DNA of 64,000 nt from an uncultured candidate division WWE3 bacterium (GCA_963765125.1 CAVXUZ010000004.1:192792-256791); one strand, 5' to 3'; shown: positions 18,010-27,934, counted from the stretch's first letter. Notes: generated by a model from the letters alone, not told the origin. A program made the numbers and translations.

Positions 18010-18780
18010 ATGGTTAAAGACGTGATTTTTAAAATCTACAATTACTTGATAAATACAGCGTTTTCAGAGCCTAGGAATTATAAAGTGATGTCAGGGCCGA
18101 TTAAAGACACATTTATCTGTCTTGCGCCGCGTCACGGTATAAAAAAGATTCTCGGTAGCTATGAGCCTGAGATTGTTAATTTAATGACGCAAAAGATTGG
18201 GGTTGGTGATGCTTGCATCGATGTTGGCGCGCACGTGGGGTATATAACGATGGTAATGCGTAAACTGGTCGGTGTGGAAGGCGAAGTTTACGCATTTGAG
18301 CCGATTAAAGAAAACTGTGAGTGCATTGAAAGGTCGGTTGTAAAAAACAATTATAAGAACGTTACAGTATTAAACTACGGTCTTGGAGAGAAAAACCAAG
18401 AGATGAGCGCCCACGTTTTTAATGATAGTAATATGGTGAATTTCTCTGATTCTGGGTTTAAAAATTATAGTGATGACAAAAACAGCGATACGTTCATTGT
18501 TAAAACTCTAGATAGCGTAGACGAGATCGTCGGACTACAGCGTCTTAATTTTATAAAAATCGATGCTGAGGGGTATGAAAGCAAGATTATTGAGGGCGCA
18601 CGGGGCGTTTTGCAAAGGTTTGGCCCTAAACTACTAATAGAGGTACATAATGCAGATAATTTTAATAAACTAAAAACCCTGCTTCCAGAAATTGGCTACT
18701 CGCTTTTTGACCTTCACGGCGTTCAGATTAAGAGCGACGCGTCCTTTGAAGGCATAATTCACATCCTCGCAACAAAATAA
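18010..18780 (+). CDS. FkbM-family SAM-dependent methyltransferase (divergent paralog)
   Basis: 256 aa with CIDVGAHVGY and KIDAEGYESKII. Confidence 0.7.
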   Translation: MVKDVIFKIYNYLINTAFSEPRNYKVMSGPIKDTFICLAPRHGIKKILGSYEPEIVNLMTQKIGVGDACIDVGAHVGYITMVMRKLVGVEGEVYAFEPIKENCECIERSVVKNNYKNVTVLNYGLGEKNQEMSAHVFNDSNMVNFSDSGFKNYSDDKNSDTFIVKTLDSVDEIVGLQRLNFIKIDAEGYESKIIEGARGVLQRFGPKLLIEVHNADNFNKLKTLLPEIGYSLFDLHGVQIKSDASFEGIIHILATK

Positions 18781-18918
18781 TCCCTAGTAATAATAGAATG
18801 CTGGGCCTAGTTTTTGCCAGCGCACTACTTATAATATAGGTTAGTTTGTAGGCGCCACTACAGGCTACGAGCCTAGTTATAGCTGTAGCAACAGTAAATA
18901 GAAAATTGTGGATAAACC

Positions 18919-19632
18919 ATGGAAAACCTATTGATAACTCTTTTTCCAACAAAATGCCAGTTTTGTAATAAAAATATGGGTGCGATTTGTTACGAATGCA
19001 TTTTAAAGGCAAGGCCGGTGTATCAGTACTTTTGTATAATCTGCGAAAAACCCTCGATAGAAGGTAAAACACACTCTCTTTGCCACAAACAAGGCTGTCC
19101 CTCGTCAATTTTCAGCCCATTTAAATATTCGGGTGTGATAAGACAGTGTATTAAAAAGGCTAAATACTCGTCTAGGCTGTTTTTTCCTCTAAAACGCTTT
19201 ACGCGAGAGGGTATGAAGCTGTTTTCAAAATCAGGCATTTCTTATGAGGAGCACCTTGTTGTACCGATACCGTTGAGTTACCGAAAATACAAAGAAAGAG
19301 GGTTTAATCAGGCAGAAATCATTGCTGAGGCTGTAGCTAAGGAGTTGAAGCTAAACTACACAACTAGGGCACTGTATCGCTCTAGGGATACCACTGCGCA
19401 GCACGCAAACTCCAGAGCTGAACGTTATAAAAACCTTGAAAACGCCTTTATCGTGAAAAATCCTATTATAGTAGCGGGTAAAAAGATTCTTTTGGTGGAC
19501 GATATATGCACGTCTGGGGCTACATTTTTAACAGCCGCGGAGTGTTTGTACAAAGCTGGTGCTGTAGATGTTGCTTGTTTCTCACTGGCCAAGAAATTTC
19601 TTAAAAACAGACATTTGCTTGGTGATTTATAG
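18919..19632 (+). CDS. comF: ComF-family protein (competence, phosphoribosyltransferase domain)
   Basis: 237 aa. N-terminal Cys pairs (CQFC...CYEC...C...C) and a C-terminal PRTase motif ILLVDDICTSGATF. Confidence 0.7.
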   Translation: MENLLITLFPTKCQFCNKNMGAICYECILKARPVYQYFCIICEKPSIEGKTHSLCHKQGCPSSIFSPFKYSGVIRQCIKKAKYSSRLFFPLKRFTREGMKLFSKSGISYEEHLVVPIPLSYRKYKERGFNQAEIIAEAVAKELKLNYTTRALYRSRDTTAQHANSRAERYKNLENAFIVKNPIIVAGKKILLVDDICTSGATFLTAAECLYKAGAVDVACFSLAKKFLKNRHLLGDL

Positions 19633-19634
19633 CT

Positions 19635-19663
19635 TTGTTATAAAGCTTCAGACGGGTTATAAT
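19635..19663 (+). promoter_or_regulatory. sigma70-like promoter for tRNA-Ser(GCT)
   Basis: TTGTTA, 17-nt spacer, TATAAT (19658-19663), about 30 nt upstream of the tRNA. Confidence 0.45.
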
Positions 19664-19694
19664 GTACCGGCGCCACGCGCTAACTGTGCAGTAT

Positions 19695-19781
19695 GGAGGG
19701 TTGGCAGAGTGGTAATGCAACGGCTTGCTAAGCCGCGACCGTGAAAACGGTCCGTGGGTTCAAATCCCGCACCCTCCGCCA
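19695..19781 (+). tRNA. tRNA-Ser (anticodon GCT), type II with long variable arm, CCA encoded
   Basis: Acceptor GGAGGGT/ACCCTCC, anticodon loop TTGCTAA, variable hairpin CCGTGAAAACGG, T-arm GTGGG-TTCAAAT-CCCGC. No downstream 3'-end duplicate. Confidence 0.8.
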
Positions 19782-19788
19782 CCAACAA

Positions 19789-19820
19789 AGTCGTCCAGCA
19801 ATTTATGTTGGACTTTTTTT
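19789..19820 (+). terminator. terminator after tRNA-Ser(GCT)
   Basis: GTCCAGCAATTTATGTTGGAC hairpin followed by T8. Confidence 0.5.
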
Positions 19821-19908
19821 GTTGCTGATGTAACGCTGTGTTGGGATTTGAGCGGTACGCCTCACACTCACCCGCCCTTTAATCAGCACCGTATGCTAGT
19901 ATCTTAAT

Positions 19909-20130
19909 ATGGATTTCAAACCGGGAATTTATCAACACTTTAAAGGCAACAAGTACTTAGCAATCGGTGTAGCAAAGCACAGTGAAACTTTAGAGGAGTT
20001 TGTTTGCTATATATCTCTTTACGATAATAATGAAAGTAAAATTTGGGTAAGGCCGCTTTCGATGTTTATGGAAGAGGTTGACATCGGGGGTGTTAAAAAA
20101 CCTAGATTTACGTTTATAAGTAATTATTAA
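19909..20130 (+). CDS. DUF1653-family protein
   Basis: 73 aa with GIYQHFKGNKY, matching the DUF1653 G-Y-HYKG-Y signature (from memory). Confidence 0.55.
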   Translation: MDFKPGIYQHFKGNKYLAIGVAKHSETLEEFVCYISLYDNNESKIWVRPLSMFMEEVDIGGVKKPRFTFISNY

Positions 20131-20213
20131 ATTATTTTCAGAATATAAAAAAACCACCTTGGGGATGTGTTATAACACTTCCTTACGGTAACTGTTGGGC
20201 GAGTTAACTCCGA

Positions 20214-20456
20214 TTAGCATACATTCACAGGGATCGACATGTAAGCGTCTATATTTTGTAAGGACACAGCATATTCCGAAGGGAATTTTTCGATCTTATT
20301 TGGAATCACTCCCCAGCCTTCAGGTAATTCAAACTTCGAATCGGACGGAAGGGAAAAATTTGCCACGTACCTCTCTTTGTAGTTAATTAGGTAGAACTCG
20401 CGTACCTCAGCGCTACCCTTTGTTATCACCGTAACATCTACAGGTTTAATATACAT
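20214..20456 (-). CDS. hypothetical small protein (track ORF extends to 20579, but that overlaps the divergent Nudix 5' end; the internal ATG at 20456 is preferred)
   Basis: MYIKPVDVTVITKGSAEVREFYLINYKERYVANFSLPSDSKFELPEGWGVIPNK. No domain recognised. Confidence 0.3.
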   Translation of the reverse strand: MYIKPVDVTVITKGSAEVREFYLINYKERYVANFSLPSDSKFELPEGWGVIPNKIEKFPSEYAVSLQNIDAYMSIPVNVC

Positions 20457-20495
20457 TGTAATGACCTCTCCTTTTTTAGTTTTTGTTGTGATAAG

Positions 20496-20846
20496 GTGCT
20501 TATCGGTAAGAAAGTGGTTGATAAAAATCATTTTCTTAGTGGCGGTTGGCATATACCGGGCGGGCACCTGAACGAACACGAGGGCGAAGAGCAGGCTTTG
20601 CTAAGAGAGTTTAAAGAGGAAACAAACCTTAATATTATAATTGTTAAAAAGCTCTGTAGTCATTGTGTTAAGGACATCAATACGTTTGTTAGTTACTTCG
20701 TTTGCTCTGCTAATTCTTTAAATGCAGTTCCGGGAGATGATCTAGAAGAGATTAGTTTTGTTGAAAAGAACAAAGTTGTTGAGCTTTGTGATGAGCGGGT
20801 TACAAGCTTGTGGCCTAAAAAACTAATTGATTTTCTATCGTCGTAA
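20496..20846 (+). CDS. Nudix hydrolase, apparently N-terminally truncated (GTG start)
   Basis: Nudix box GGHLNEHEGEEQALLREFKEETNL. Only 16 residues precede the GGW..PGG, and the upstream in-frame region has no Met, so the gene is possibly disrupted. Confidence 0.5.
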   Translation: MLIGKKVVDKNHFLSGGWHIPGGHLNEHEGEEQALLREFKEETNLNIIIVKKLCSHCVKDINTFVSYFVCSANSLNAVPGDDLEEISFVEKNKVVELCDERVTSLWPKKLIDFLSS

Positions 20847-20927
20847 CCATACCTGATACTGAGGTATTCACAGACTTTACATATTAAAAAAGACTCCCTT
20901 AGTTTTTATACTTTGGGAGTCGGTAGG

Positions 20928-21197
20928 CTACTTAAGTTCGATGATTTCTACTATACAATTGCGTTTCGGATTTTTTATATTAACAATCGCTAAACGATAA
21001 CTTGAATTGCAGCGTGTTTTCTCCAAAGTGTGCCAAAGAACGCTTATTGCCAGGTGTATTACTTTTTCTGGACTCTTTTGTAACCACGTTCCGATGTTTT
21101 CTATCTTTTGCCAAATATCACTGCCAAAGGTTACGTTAAGTTTCTTTGTCATCGTACTCTCCTTGTTTTGTGGTTTGTATAGCAGGTTTTTTGACAT
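20928..21197 (-). CDS. hypothetical small protein (possible ribbon-helix-helix)
   Basis: 89 aa. KKLNVTFGSDIWQKIENIG resembles an RHH N-terminus; weak. Confidence 0.3.
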   Translation of the reverse strand: MSKNLLYKPQNKESTMTKKLNVTFGSDIWQKIENIGTWLQKSPEKVIHLAISVLWHTLEKTRCNSSYRLAIVNIKNPKRNCIVEIIELK

Positions 21198-21299
21198 TAT
21201 AGCACAAGATTTTTCAGCGCAATCACCAAACCATCTATTATTGACTTGTTAAAACACATCAATTTCCAACGAAAACAAAATGAGCTATACTAACTTAGT

Positions 21300-21890
21300 A
21301 TGAAAGTAACTGATGTAACTGATTTTGTAGGCATTACACACACACGAAAAGACATGCCCGTTGAGGCAGAAAAAAGTTCTTTTGACAGAGAAAATCTCGG
21401 CCCTAAAAAAACTTTAATGTCGTGGGTGGCTGTACCTAACATTGGAGCAAACAATTTAGACCCAAGATATAAAAGAGCAGTCTACGCGGCAGGTTTTATT
21501 ACAATTCTGATTCTTGTGATGATGCAAGAATTTTGGTTGATCTTTGTTATCGCAAGTCTTGTTTTTATTGTGCAGGTGATGGGCAAGATGAAGAACAAGG
21601 AGGAGAAGTATGAGATTACAACGCATGGGTTACACATCGAGACAGACTTTTATTACTGGGATGAGCTTATAGACTTCTTTTTTACAAAAAAGTTTGGAAA
21701 TGATCTTTTAGCTGTAGATATGAAAAAAGGACTTACGACTAGATTGTTTTTGGGTTATCAAGCAGAGGACAGGAATAAACTTATTGAAATACTGAACAAG
21801 CACATTAGGTATTTAGAAAAGGAACCAGACAATTTTGTTGACGCTACTTACTCTAAAGTTTTAGACAAGTTTGATTTTAAACAAAAATAG
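21300..21890 (+). CDS. hypothetical membrane protein (2 TM)
   Basis: 196 aa with a TM hairpin GFITILILVMMQEFWLIFVIASLVFIV, then a soluble C-terminus. Confidence 0.4.
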   Translation: MKVTDVTDFVGITHTRKDMPVEAEKSSFDRENLGPKKTLMSWVAVPNIGANNLDPRYKRAVYAAGFITILILVMMQEFWLIFVIASLVFIVQVMGKMKNKEEKYEITTHGLHIETDFYYWDELIDFFFTKKFGNDLLAVDMKKGLTTRLFLGYQAEDRNKLIEILNKHIRYLEKEPDNFVDATYSKVLDKFDFKQK

Positions 21891-21933
21891 TAGTATTTTC
21901 CCTTCACAACAAGTATTTGTCTGTTTCAACTAT

Positions 21934-22010
21934 GCACCCGTAGTTCAGTTGGATAGAACGCAGCGTTGCGGACGCTGAGGTCGGGGGTTCAAGTCCCTCC
22001 GGGTGCGCCA
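21934..22010 (+). tRNA. tRNA-Arg (anticodon GCG as parsed), CCA encoded
   Basis: Acceptor GCACCCG/CGGGTGC, D GTTC/GAAC, anticodon stem CAGCG/CGCTG, loop TTGCGGA, T-arm GGGGG-TTCAAGT-CCCTC. Confidence 0.75.
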
Positions 22011-22156
22011 GGAAATTGTGTATGTGCCAAAGGCACATAAGCAGTTTCCTTGTGAGTCGTAAGGACTTGAATGGCGCAGGCGCGGCGGCGCCGAGTCGGG
22101 GTCGACAGGCGCATCAGCAGATGCGAACTGGTGACCAAGTCCCTCCGGGTGCGCCA
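22011..22156 (+). repeat. tRNA-Arg-associated 3'-end-duplicating element
   Basis: Hairpin TGTGCCAAAGGCACA, antisense T-loop GGACTTG (22063-22069), core GGGGTCGACAGGCGCATCAGCAGATGCGAACTGGTGACC, then an exact 21-nt copy (22136-22156) of the tRNA 3' end CAAGTCCCTCCGGGTGCGCCA (original at 21990-22010). Confidence 0.45.
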
Positions 22157-22220
22157 AAAAAATGCCGCAGGATTTAGGATATAATTCCCATTTCCCACGG
22201 CGATAAAACATTTACAGATC

Positions 22221-22590
22221 TTACAAATCTAACGCTTCTTTGATCACGCTGCACATTACCTCATCCGCAGATTCTTTTACGATGAAGAATTTGGCGCCGA
22301 CGTCTTTGAATTCTTTTTCCAAGCTGGGGCTCATCGCGTGGCCAATAAAAACTGTTTCTGGACTACGATAAATCCCATAATCGACGCACTCCAGCCCACC
22401 AAGTTCGTTAGAAACCGTGTCGTCTACGAGCGCCCCATCAAAGTTTCTTCCATTCTTCCATCTCGGCGATGAGATCTCTGCCATTGGTAAAAACGATTAC
22501 CTCGAGATTTGGAAACGATTCTTCAAAAAGCCTTTTTAAACTGTTTCCTGTTAACTCCCAATTATCCACGACCGCTAGAGTCTTTTTCAT
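22221..22590 (-). pseudogene. CheY-like response-regulator receiver domain, frameshifted
   Basis: One frame gives MSMKKTLAVVDNWELTGNSLKRLFEESFPNLEVIVFTNGRDLIAEMEEWKKL*. The other gives ...NGRNFDGALVDDTVSNELGG...VFIGHAMS...GAKFFIVKESADEV. Together they make a single receiver domain (DD, phospho-acceptor D, K). The frames switch in AAGAAACTTT around 22433-22445. Confidence 0.5.
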
Positions 22591-22718
22591 ACTCATTCTC
22601 CTTATTATCTATAGGTTAGATAGGATTTTACACCTTGCTTGCAAATGTTTCAAATCACCAACCCAATGCTATTTTATTCTGCCCTGTTATTGTTAGAATA
22701 TATTAAGTAACCTGCCCT

Positions 22719-24422
22719 ATGGATATTTTTACTCAACTTAGTTTAATAATTGTTGTAGTTGCAATCATTGCTGGAGTCACAAGGCTATTAAAACAACCGC
22801 TCGTAATCGGCTATATTTTAACTGGCCTAATTCTCGGGCCTCTTGGGTTCGGGTATGTAAATGTTGAGCAGTCAGACACGCTTTCAGTATTTTCAGAGAT
22901 GGGCATCGCAATTTTACTTTTTATTGTTGGTTTGCATCTTAGTCCAAAGGAAGCAAAGGCAGTAGGTAAGTCAGCATTGCTCATAGGAATTTTTCAAGTT
23001 TTTCTAACATTAATTTTTGGTTGGTTTATTTCTAAGTATCTTGGTTTTCATAACATTGCAAGTTTATACATTGGTGTTGGTTTAGCATTCAGCAGCACAA
23101 TTGTTGTTCTTAAATTTCTCTCAGATAAACGCGAACTTGAAACGCTTCACGGTAGAATTTCGGTAGGAATCCTTCTTTTGCAAGATATTATCGCCGCGAT
23201 TGTGTTAATAGGTGCAAACGCTTTTACACAAAATTCTTTTGGGGTGGATGTGTTTCTACTGCTGATGATAAAGGGGTTAGGAATTACACTTGTCTTAGCT
23301 TTATTTGGATATTACATTCTTCCCAAACTAAGTTCCTTTTTTGCAAAATCTCAAGAAATACTTTTTCTATTTGCTATTGCGTGGGGATTTGGTTTGGCAA
23401 CGCTTTTTGATTTCATCGGTTTTTCTATAGAAATCGGCGCCCTTGTTGCAGGAATCGTTTTGTCCATCACCACATATAGCGAAGAAATTAGTTCTCGTTT
23501 AAGACCATTGCGTGATTTTTTTGTGGTGATGTTTTTTGTTATTCTCGGGTCCAGAGTAAGTATTTCAAGTGTCTCGAGTGTTATCGTCCCAACAATTATT
23601 TTATCTGCGTTTGTACTAATCGGAAAACCATTAATAATTATGTCTTTGATGGGAGCTTTTAAGTATAAACGCAAGCCATCATTTTTTACCGCCGCAAGTC
23701 TCTCACAAATCAGTGAGTTTTCTCTAATACTCGCTTTGCTCGGCTATCATCTTGGTCATATAGACTCACACGTTTTTGCTCTTTTAACATTAGTGGGCAT
23801 AGTATCAATCGCGTTTTCAACTTACCTCATGAACTTTATGGAAAAAATATATCCCTATCTATCAAAGTATATGAAGGTGTTCGAAAGACCGGGAGGTTTC
23901 GATGAAATAGATACGCTATCTAGCTACGATGTTATTTTGTTTGGTTGTAATAGGGTTGGGTTTGATTTTATTGAAGCATTCAAAGAACTAGGTACGAAAT
24001 TTTTGGCTGTAGATTACGATCCTGAAATTGTTGCTGAATTATTAACAAAACAGATAAACACTAAATATGGCGATGCAGATGACAGCGAGTTTCTTGAGGA
24101 CATCAGGGCGTCGTCTGCAAAAGCTGTTGTAAGTACAATTCCTGATGCAGAAATAAATATATTTTTAGTAACAAAGTTAAAAGCAGAAAATCCTAACATC
24201 ATTGCAATACTTACTTCTCATAGTGTTGATCACGCAATTGAGCTGTATGAGAGGGGAGCAGATTACGTTATCGTTCCACATTTCATAGGCGGCCAGGTTG
24301 TTTCGTCATTAGCAAAAGACGCAGTAATGGCGCAGCAAGATCTCAGATCAACAAAACAACATCACATTGAATATTTAAAACACAGAAAAGAACTCGGTCA
24401 CGGAAAAAGATTTATCGAGTAA
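22719..24422 (+). CDS. CPA2-family monovalent cation:proton antiporter with C-terminal TrkA-N (RCK) domain
   Basis: 567 aa with about 12 TM helices, then ILFGCNRVGFDFIEAFKELG (a Rossmann GxGxxG-like motif of RCK). Confidence 0.75.
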   Translation: MDIFTQLSLIIVVVAIIAGVTRLLKQPLVIGYILTGLILGPLGFGYVNVEQSDTLSVFSEMGIAILLFIVGLHLSPKEAKAVGKSALLIGIFQVFLTLIFGWFISKYLGFHNIASLYIGVGLAFSSTIVVLKFLSDKRELETLHGRISVGILLLQDIIAAIVLIGANAFTQNSFGVDVFLLLMIKGLGITLVLALFGYYILPKLSSFFAKSQEILFLFAIAWGFGLATLFDFIGFSIEIGALVAGIVLSITTYSEEISSRLRPLRDFFVVMFFVILGSRVSISSVSSVIVPTIILSAFVLIGKPLIIMSLMGAFKYKRKPSFFTAASLSQISEFSLILALLGYHLGHIDSHVFALLTLVGIVSIAFSTYLMNFMEKIYPYLSKYMKVFERPGGFDEIDTLSSYDVILFGCNRVGFDFIEAFKELGTKFLAVDYDPEIVAELLTKQINTKYGDADDSEFLEDIRASSAKAVVSTIPDAEINIFLVTKLKAENPNIIAILTSHSVDHAIELYERGADYVIVPHFIGGQVVSSLAKDAVMAQQDLRSTKQHHIEYLKHRKELGHGKRFIE

Positions 24423-24611
24423 GATCTACAATATCGGGTTTCGGAAAAGTAAACGCAAAAATCATAAGCACCACCAGAACGAGAATAATAAAAATAATAA
24501 AGTGAGAACTCTTCATACCTAATTATACATGCTAAAATTTTGTTATTGCAAAATATGCTATATTATTGCGGTTAGTTTGAGTTTTTGATTTGGTGATTTA
24601 TTGTCTTGTGG

Positions 24612-24688
24612 GGGCCGTTAGCTCAGTTGGCTAGAGCGCTACATTCGCATTGTAGAGGTCGGGGGTTCGATTCCCCCACGGTCCACCA
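24612..24688 (+). tRNA. tRNA-Ala (anticodon CGC), G3:U70 present, CCA encoded
   Basis: Acceptor GGGCCGT/ACGGTCC with G3-U70, anticodon arm CTACA-TTCGCAT-TGTAG, T-arm GGGGG-TTCGATT-CCCCC. Confidence 0.85.
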
Positions 24689-24707
24689 GAATGCCTCAAA
24701 ATTGTAC

Positions 24708-24800
24708 GGAGGAGTACCGAAGCGGTCATACCGGGCTGGTCTCGAAAACCAAGCGTGTACGTAAGTGCGCACGTGGGTTCGAATCCCACCTCCTCCGCCA
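24708..24800 (+). tRNA. tRNA-Ser (anticodon CGA), type II, CCA encoded
   Basis: Acceptor GGAGGAG/CTCCTCC, anticodon loop CTCGAAA, long variable arm, T-arm GTGGG-TTCGAAT-CCCAC. Confidence 0.85.
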
Positions 24801-24964
24801 GTGGAAAAGCGAAAAGTGTAGTTTAATACTTTTCGCTTTTTCATTTGTGAAAAGGATGAGAACTCTGCGTTAGCAGGGGACGACAATTGATACTATAGTG
24901 AGCTTGTGAACTATAGAGCAATTGGTAGCGAACAAAGTGAGCGTTCATCCCACCTCCTCCGCCA
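24801..24964 (+). repeat. tRNA-Ser(CGA)-associated 3'-end-duplicating element (variant without the GGGGTCGAC core)
   Basis: A 49-nt terminator block (24801-24849) nearly identical to the one after tRNA-Ser(GGA) at 31012-31060. Then a bulged antisense segment AGGATGAGAAC, an ACTATAG direct repeat, TAGCGAACAAAGTG and an exact 18-nt copy (24947-24964) of the tRNA 3' end ATCCCACCTCCTCCGCCA. Confidence 0.4.
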
Positions 24965-25041
24965 GAAAAGAAGACGTTTGAGACAACGTACTTTATTCTT
25001 TTTAATTGTGAATTATCCACTGACTAAGTTAGTTAATGTCG

Positions 25042-26106
25042 TTAAGCTTTAATGCCGGAGATTTTACGTTGCTTGTCCTGTACACCCGCGCTAGCGTCCT
25101 CAAATGTTTTTTTGCTTCGTGTAATAATATTTTCAACGCCTTCAGCAACAACCGTAATAGCGCGTTTCTGCTGAGTATAGAGATCATGAGCAGCATCTTC
25201 CCTGCCAACATCTATGTAACCGTTGCGCCCTCGCGTCACAAAATATTTTAGGTTAGTTTCTGTTGTTTGCAACTCTTCATGGATTGCCCCAGTATTTTTT
25301 CTTAGTACATCTTCGTGGGTAGCAGAAAACTGTGCTATATCCTTTATGAGCTTAGGTGTATCCGAGTTAGGCTCTTGCGAAATCAGTTTTTGAATAGACA
25401 TTTCAGCAGATGCGCCTGCAGATTTTGCTTCTGTAGCAACAGCACAAAGTTTAGTGGCGGCAATTTCTATTACATCGTCGTCTATGGTGTGTGACAAATC
25501 AATGTGCTCATTTTCATGATTATTTTTAACTTTTTCAGCAACTTTACTTAGAGAAAGCTCGCGAGAGCGGCCCTTTTCAACATATTGGTGGTATATCTCA
25601 ATCTCATTCTGCTGAGATTTTACCCACCCATCTAATGTTTGGACGTGTGTCTTTACATCTTTAAATATATCGTTGGCGTCATTAACCACATCTTCGTGAC
25701 CTCTGGCCATCCTTTTAGTGTCTAATTGTCCACGAAAACCAGCACCCACTCTACTCTGATGGTTATCTGCAACTGTGTTGAAGCTTCTTGCACCCCTTTG
25801 AGTTTCTTCAAATATTCCACGTGTTTTTCGGGAACTTTCTCCTAAGTTTTCTAACATCTTTCCGCCGGAAGTAACAAGGTCTTGTCTTATTTTATTACGT
25901 TGCTCGTTAGCTAGGTATTCGAAGGTTGTTGCACGTATTTCTTTTGGGGCATTTTTCTCAGCATCAACAAGGGTATCTTTTAAATACTCTAAAACAGCGT
26001 CATGAGGATTTTCTGTTTCAGTTAATTTTGTAATTTCAGATGCCAGTTGCCACTCTCCTGCATGCTCAGTTTCTATGTGGTTATTAAAGTTTTCCATATT
26101 CACCAA
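25042..26106 (-). CDS. hypothetical soluble protein (354 aa)
   Basis: Long acidic, helix-rich ORF with no recognisable motif. Confidence 0.4.
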   Translation of the reverse strand: MVNMENFNNHIETEHAGEWQLASEITKLTETENPHDAVLEYLKDTLVDAEKNAPKEIRATTFEYLANEQRNKIRQDLVTSGGKMLENLGESSRKTRGIFEETQRGARSFNTVADNHQSRVGAGFRGQLDTKRMARGHEDVVNDANDIFKDVKTHVQTLDGWVKSQQNEIEIYHQYVEKGRSRELSLSKVAEKVKNNHENEHIDLSHTIDDDVIEIAATKLCAVATEAKSAGASAEMSIQKLISQEPNSDTPKLIKDIAQFSATHEDVLRKNTGAIHEELQTTETNLKYFVTRGRNGYIDVGREDAAHDLYTQQKRAITVVAEGVENIITRSKKTFEDASAGVQDKQRKISGIKA

Positions 26107-26238
26107 TTATATAACAACCAATCTACGTTAGATACTTATCGAAATAGAGTATGTGTATTGTCTTAGTCTTATTTAATAATTAATGGATAGTTGAAAATAT
26201 ATTTTTCTACAGTACTCTATGTCAATGTCGGCAATAGG

Positions 26239-27126
26239 TTACTCAGACTTAACAAAAGCGTCTAGTTTACTAAAATCGTTAAATCGAGAGGGGTAGTTTT
26301 TCTCAACACTTTTATCTATCGCAATTAGGTAACCACGATAAATATCCATTTCCTTAAGCTCGTCTCCTCCTAAATAATCATGAAATCCCTGTAAACGATT
26401 GGTAATTACTATGTTTTCATTTCCGGTGCACTCACCTTTTGAAATGACTTCGCTTAGTTCATTAGAAGTTTGGTGCATAAAGTCTCTGATTCTATCGGTG
26501 TTCTCTAATTTAATCATCGCTGGGTCCTGACTTATTAAATGTACCAGCTCGTTTTTGATGGTGCTTTGTGCCTCTTCGGTGTTAACGAATCGCCTATTAA
26601 GAAGTTCATTAATAGTTTGTACTTCAGATTCGTCAGTAGTATAGATTTGACTTTTCTCATTTTTTAACAAGTTTATGGGTGATTTTTTTGTTGTAATTTC
26701 TGTCGCGTATTGTTCAGCAGCCGACATCGTACTTTTTTTAATGTATTGATCGGTAAAGTATTGCAAAGTATTAACAGAACCCAAAAAATCAACCAAGGTT
26801 TCATTTTTAATGTTGCCGTTTTCATCAAGCATTGGTTCAAAACCAGCTCCGGTTAACGATTCGGCGCTGTATTCACCTCTTTTAAATGATCTGAGTTCGT
26901 GGTCTAGCACGGCTGATTTGTAAAAAAGATCGACAAAGCTAGCCGCCCCGTCTTTACCTTCACCAACAAAATGATTTTTTATATTTTCAACCAACTCAGG
27001 AGATTTCTGATCCTCGAGCGTTTTAAGTAACTCATCATCTTTAGGACTATTTTCGGCTAATTTACTCTGATTTACAGCCTCGTGTAAGTCGGCAATGTCC
27101 CCATCAAGAGACTCGAATATATTCAT
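26239..27126 (-). CDS. hypothetical soluble protein (295 aa)
   Basis: Acidic; no recognisable motif. Confidence 0.4.
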   Translation of the reverse strand: MNIFESLDGDIADLHEAVNQSKLAENSPKDDELLKTLEDQKSPELVENIKNHFVGEGKDGAASFVDLFYKSAVLDHELRSFKRGEYSAESLTGAGFEPMLDENGNIKNETLVDFLGSVNTLQYFTDQYIKKSTMSAAEQYATEITTKKSPINLLKNEKSQIYTTDESEVQTINELLNRRFVNTEEAQSTIKNELVHLISQDPAMIKLENTDRIRDFMHQTSNELSEVISKGECTGNENIVITNRLQGFHDYLGGDELKEMDIYRGYLIAIDKSVEKNYPSRFNDFSKLDAFVKSE

Positions 27127-27194
27127 ATACGCGTATTATATATTAAAAAAACTCGCGTTAGTCTGTGTTTTCAGATTTTGCGCGAGTTTAATTC

Positions 27195-27503
27195 TTAAAT
27201 ACAATTTTTTGTTAGTCTATGTTTTATACGAAGAAGCCATGTCATCACAACGTACACCAGTGATAAAACAATAAACGCAACTATGGGATTTACGTATTTG
27301 AATTTTCCATAGTAGACCAGAATTGGCAACGTGGGTGAGACCAGCACAAGATAAATTAAGAAGTTTAAACACTTAAAGTATCTTATGAAGTCTTGAGGTT
27401 GCCCTTTGGTAAATGCTCTTTTCTTCGACTCGTATGCAATCAGCGCGGCTATAAATGCAATCAGCGCCGTGTTGCCACCTATAAGTAAGAGCCAGCCGAT
27501 CAT
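27195..27503 (-). CDS. small membrane protein (3 TM)
   Basis: 102 aa, hydrophobic; overlaps the upstream gene by 4 nt (ATGA). Confidence 0.35.
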   Translation of the reverse strand: MIGWLLLIGGNTALIAFIAALIAYESKKRAFTKGQPQDFIRYFKCLNFLIYLVLVSPTLPILVYYGKFKYVNPIVAFIVLSLVYVVMTWLLRIKHRLTKNCI

Positions 27504-27874
27504 TGCGATTTTCCTGCAGATATTTTAGACAGCAATGACTCTAAAAATAATCTTTGCTTTGTCTCAGTGTCGTTTGGGTAGACGTGAAGTATTTCACCTT
27601 GGTATTTCACCTCAGACTTTGCACCGGTTACGATCGAGACGTTGCCTATGATCATTTCAGGGTTTATGTTTGAGAGAGTTTCGACAACATATTTTGCCGC
27701 GCCGGTGTAATCAAAATCCGATCCGACTACAAGCAAGCCATCTGCATCAAGGCACGTCTTAGCTATATCGGTGCCACTTTTGGTGATATGAACGAGCTCT
27801 ACGTCTTGTCTTAGTTTTGAAAGTGCCTCAATAGTTTTATTGAGGTGCAAAATAACAATTCGTTTCTTTTTCAT
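27500..27874 (-). CDS. hypothetical protein (124 aa)
   Basis: MKKKRIVILHLNKTIEALSKLRQDVELVHI...VVGSDFDYTGAAKYV. A small alpha/beta-like protein; no family assigned. Confidence 0.35.
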   Translation of the reverse strand: MKKKRIVILHLNKTIEALSKLRQDVELVHITKSGTDIAKTCLDADGLLVVGSDFDYTGAAKYVVETLSNINPEMIIGNVSIVTGAKSEVKYQGEILHVYPNDTETKQRLFLESLLSKISAGKSQ

Positions 27875-27934
27875 TTTCTGCCTCCTGTTTTTAAGTTGCA
27901 GTGATTATACACCGAGAAATAGCCTGTAGCAAAT

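Noticed and set aside
24880-24930. T7-promoter-like string CTATAGTGAG within the tRNA-Ser(CGA) element
   Set aside because: Only a 10-nt coincidence built around the palindrome CTATAG; the rest of the T7 consensus is absent.
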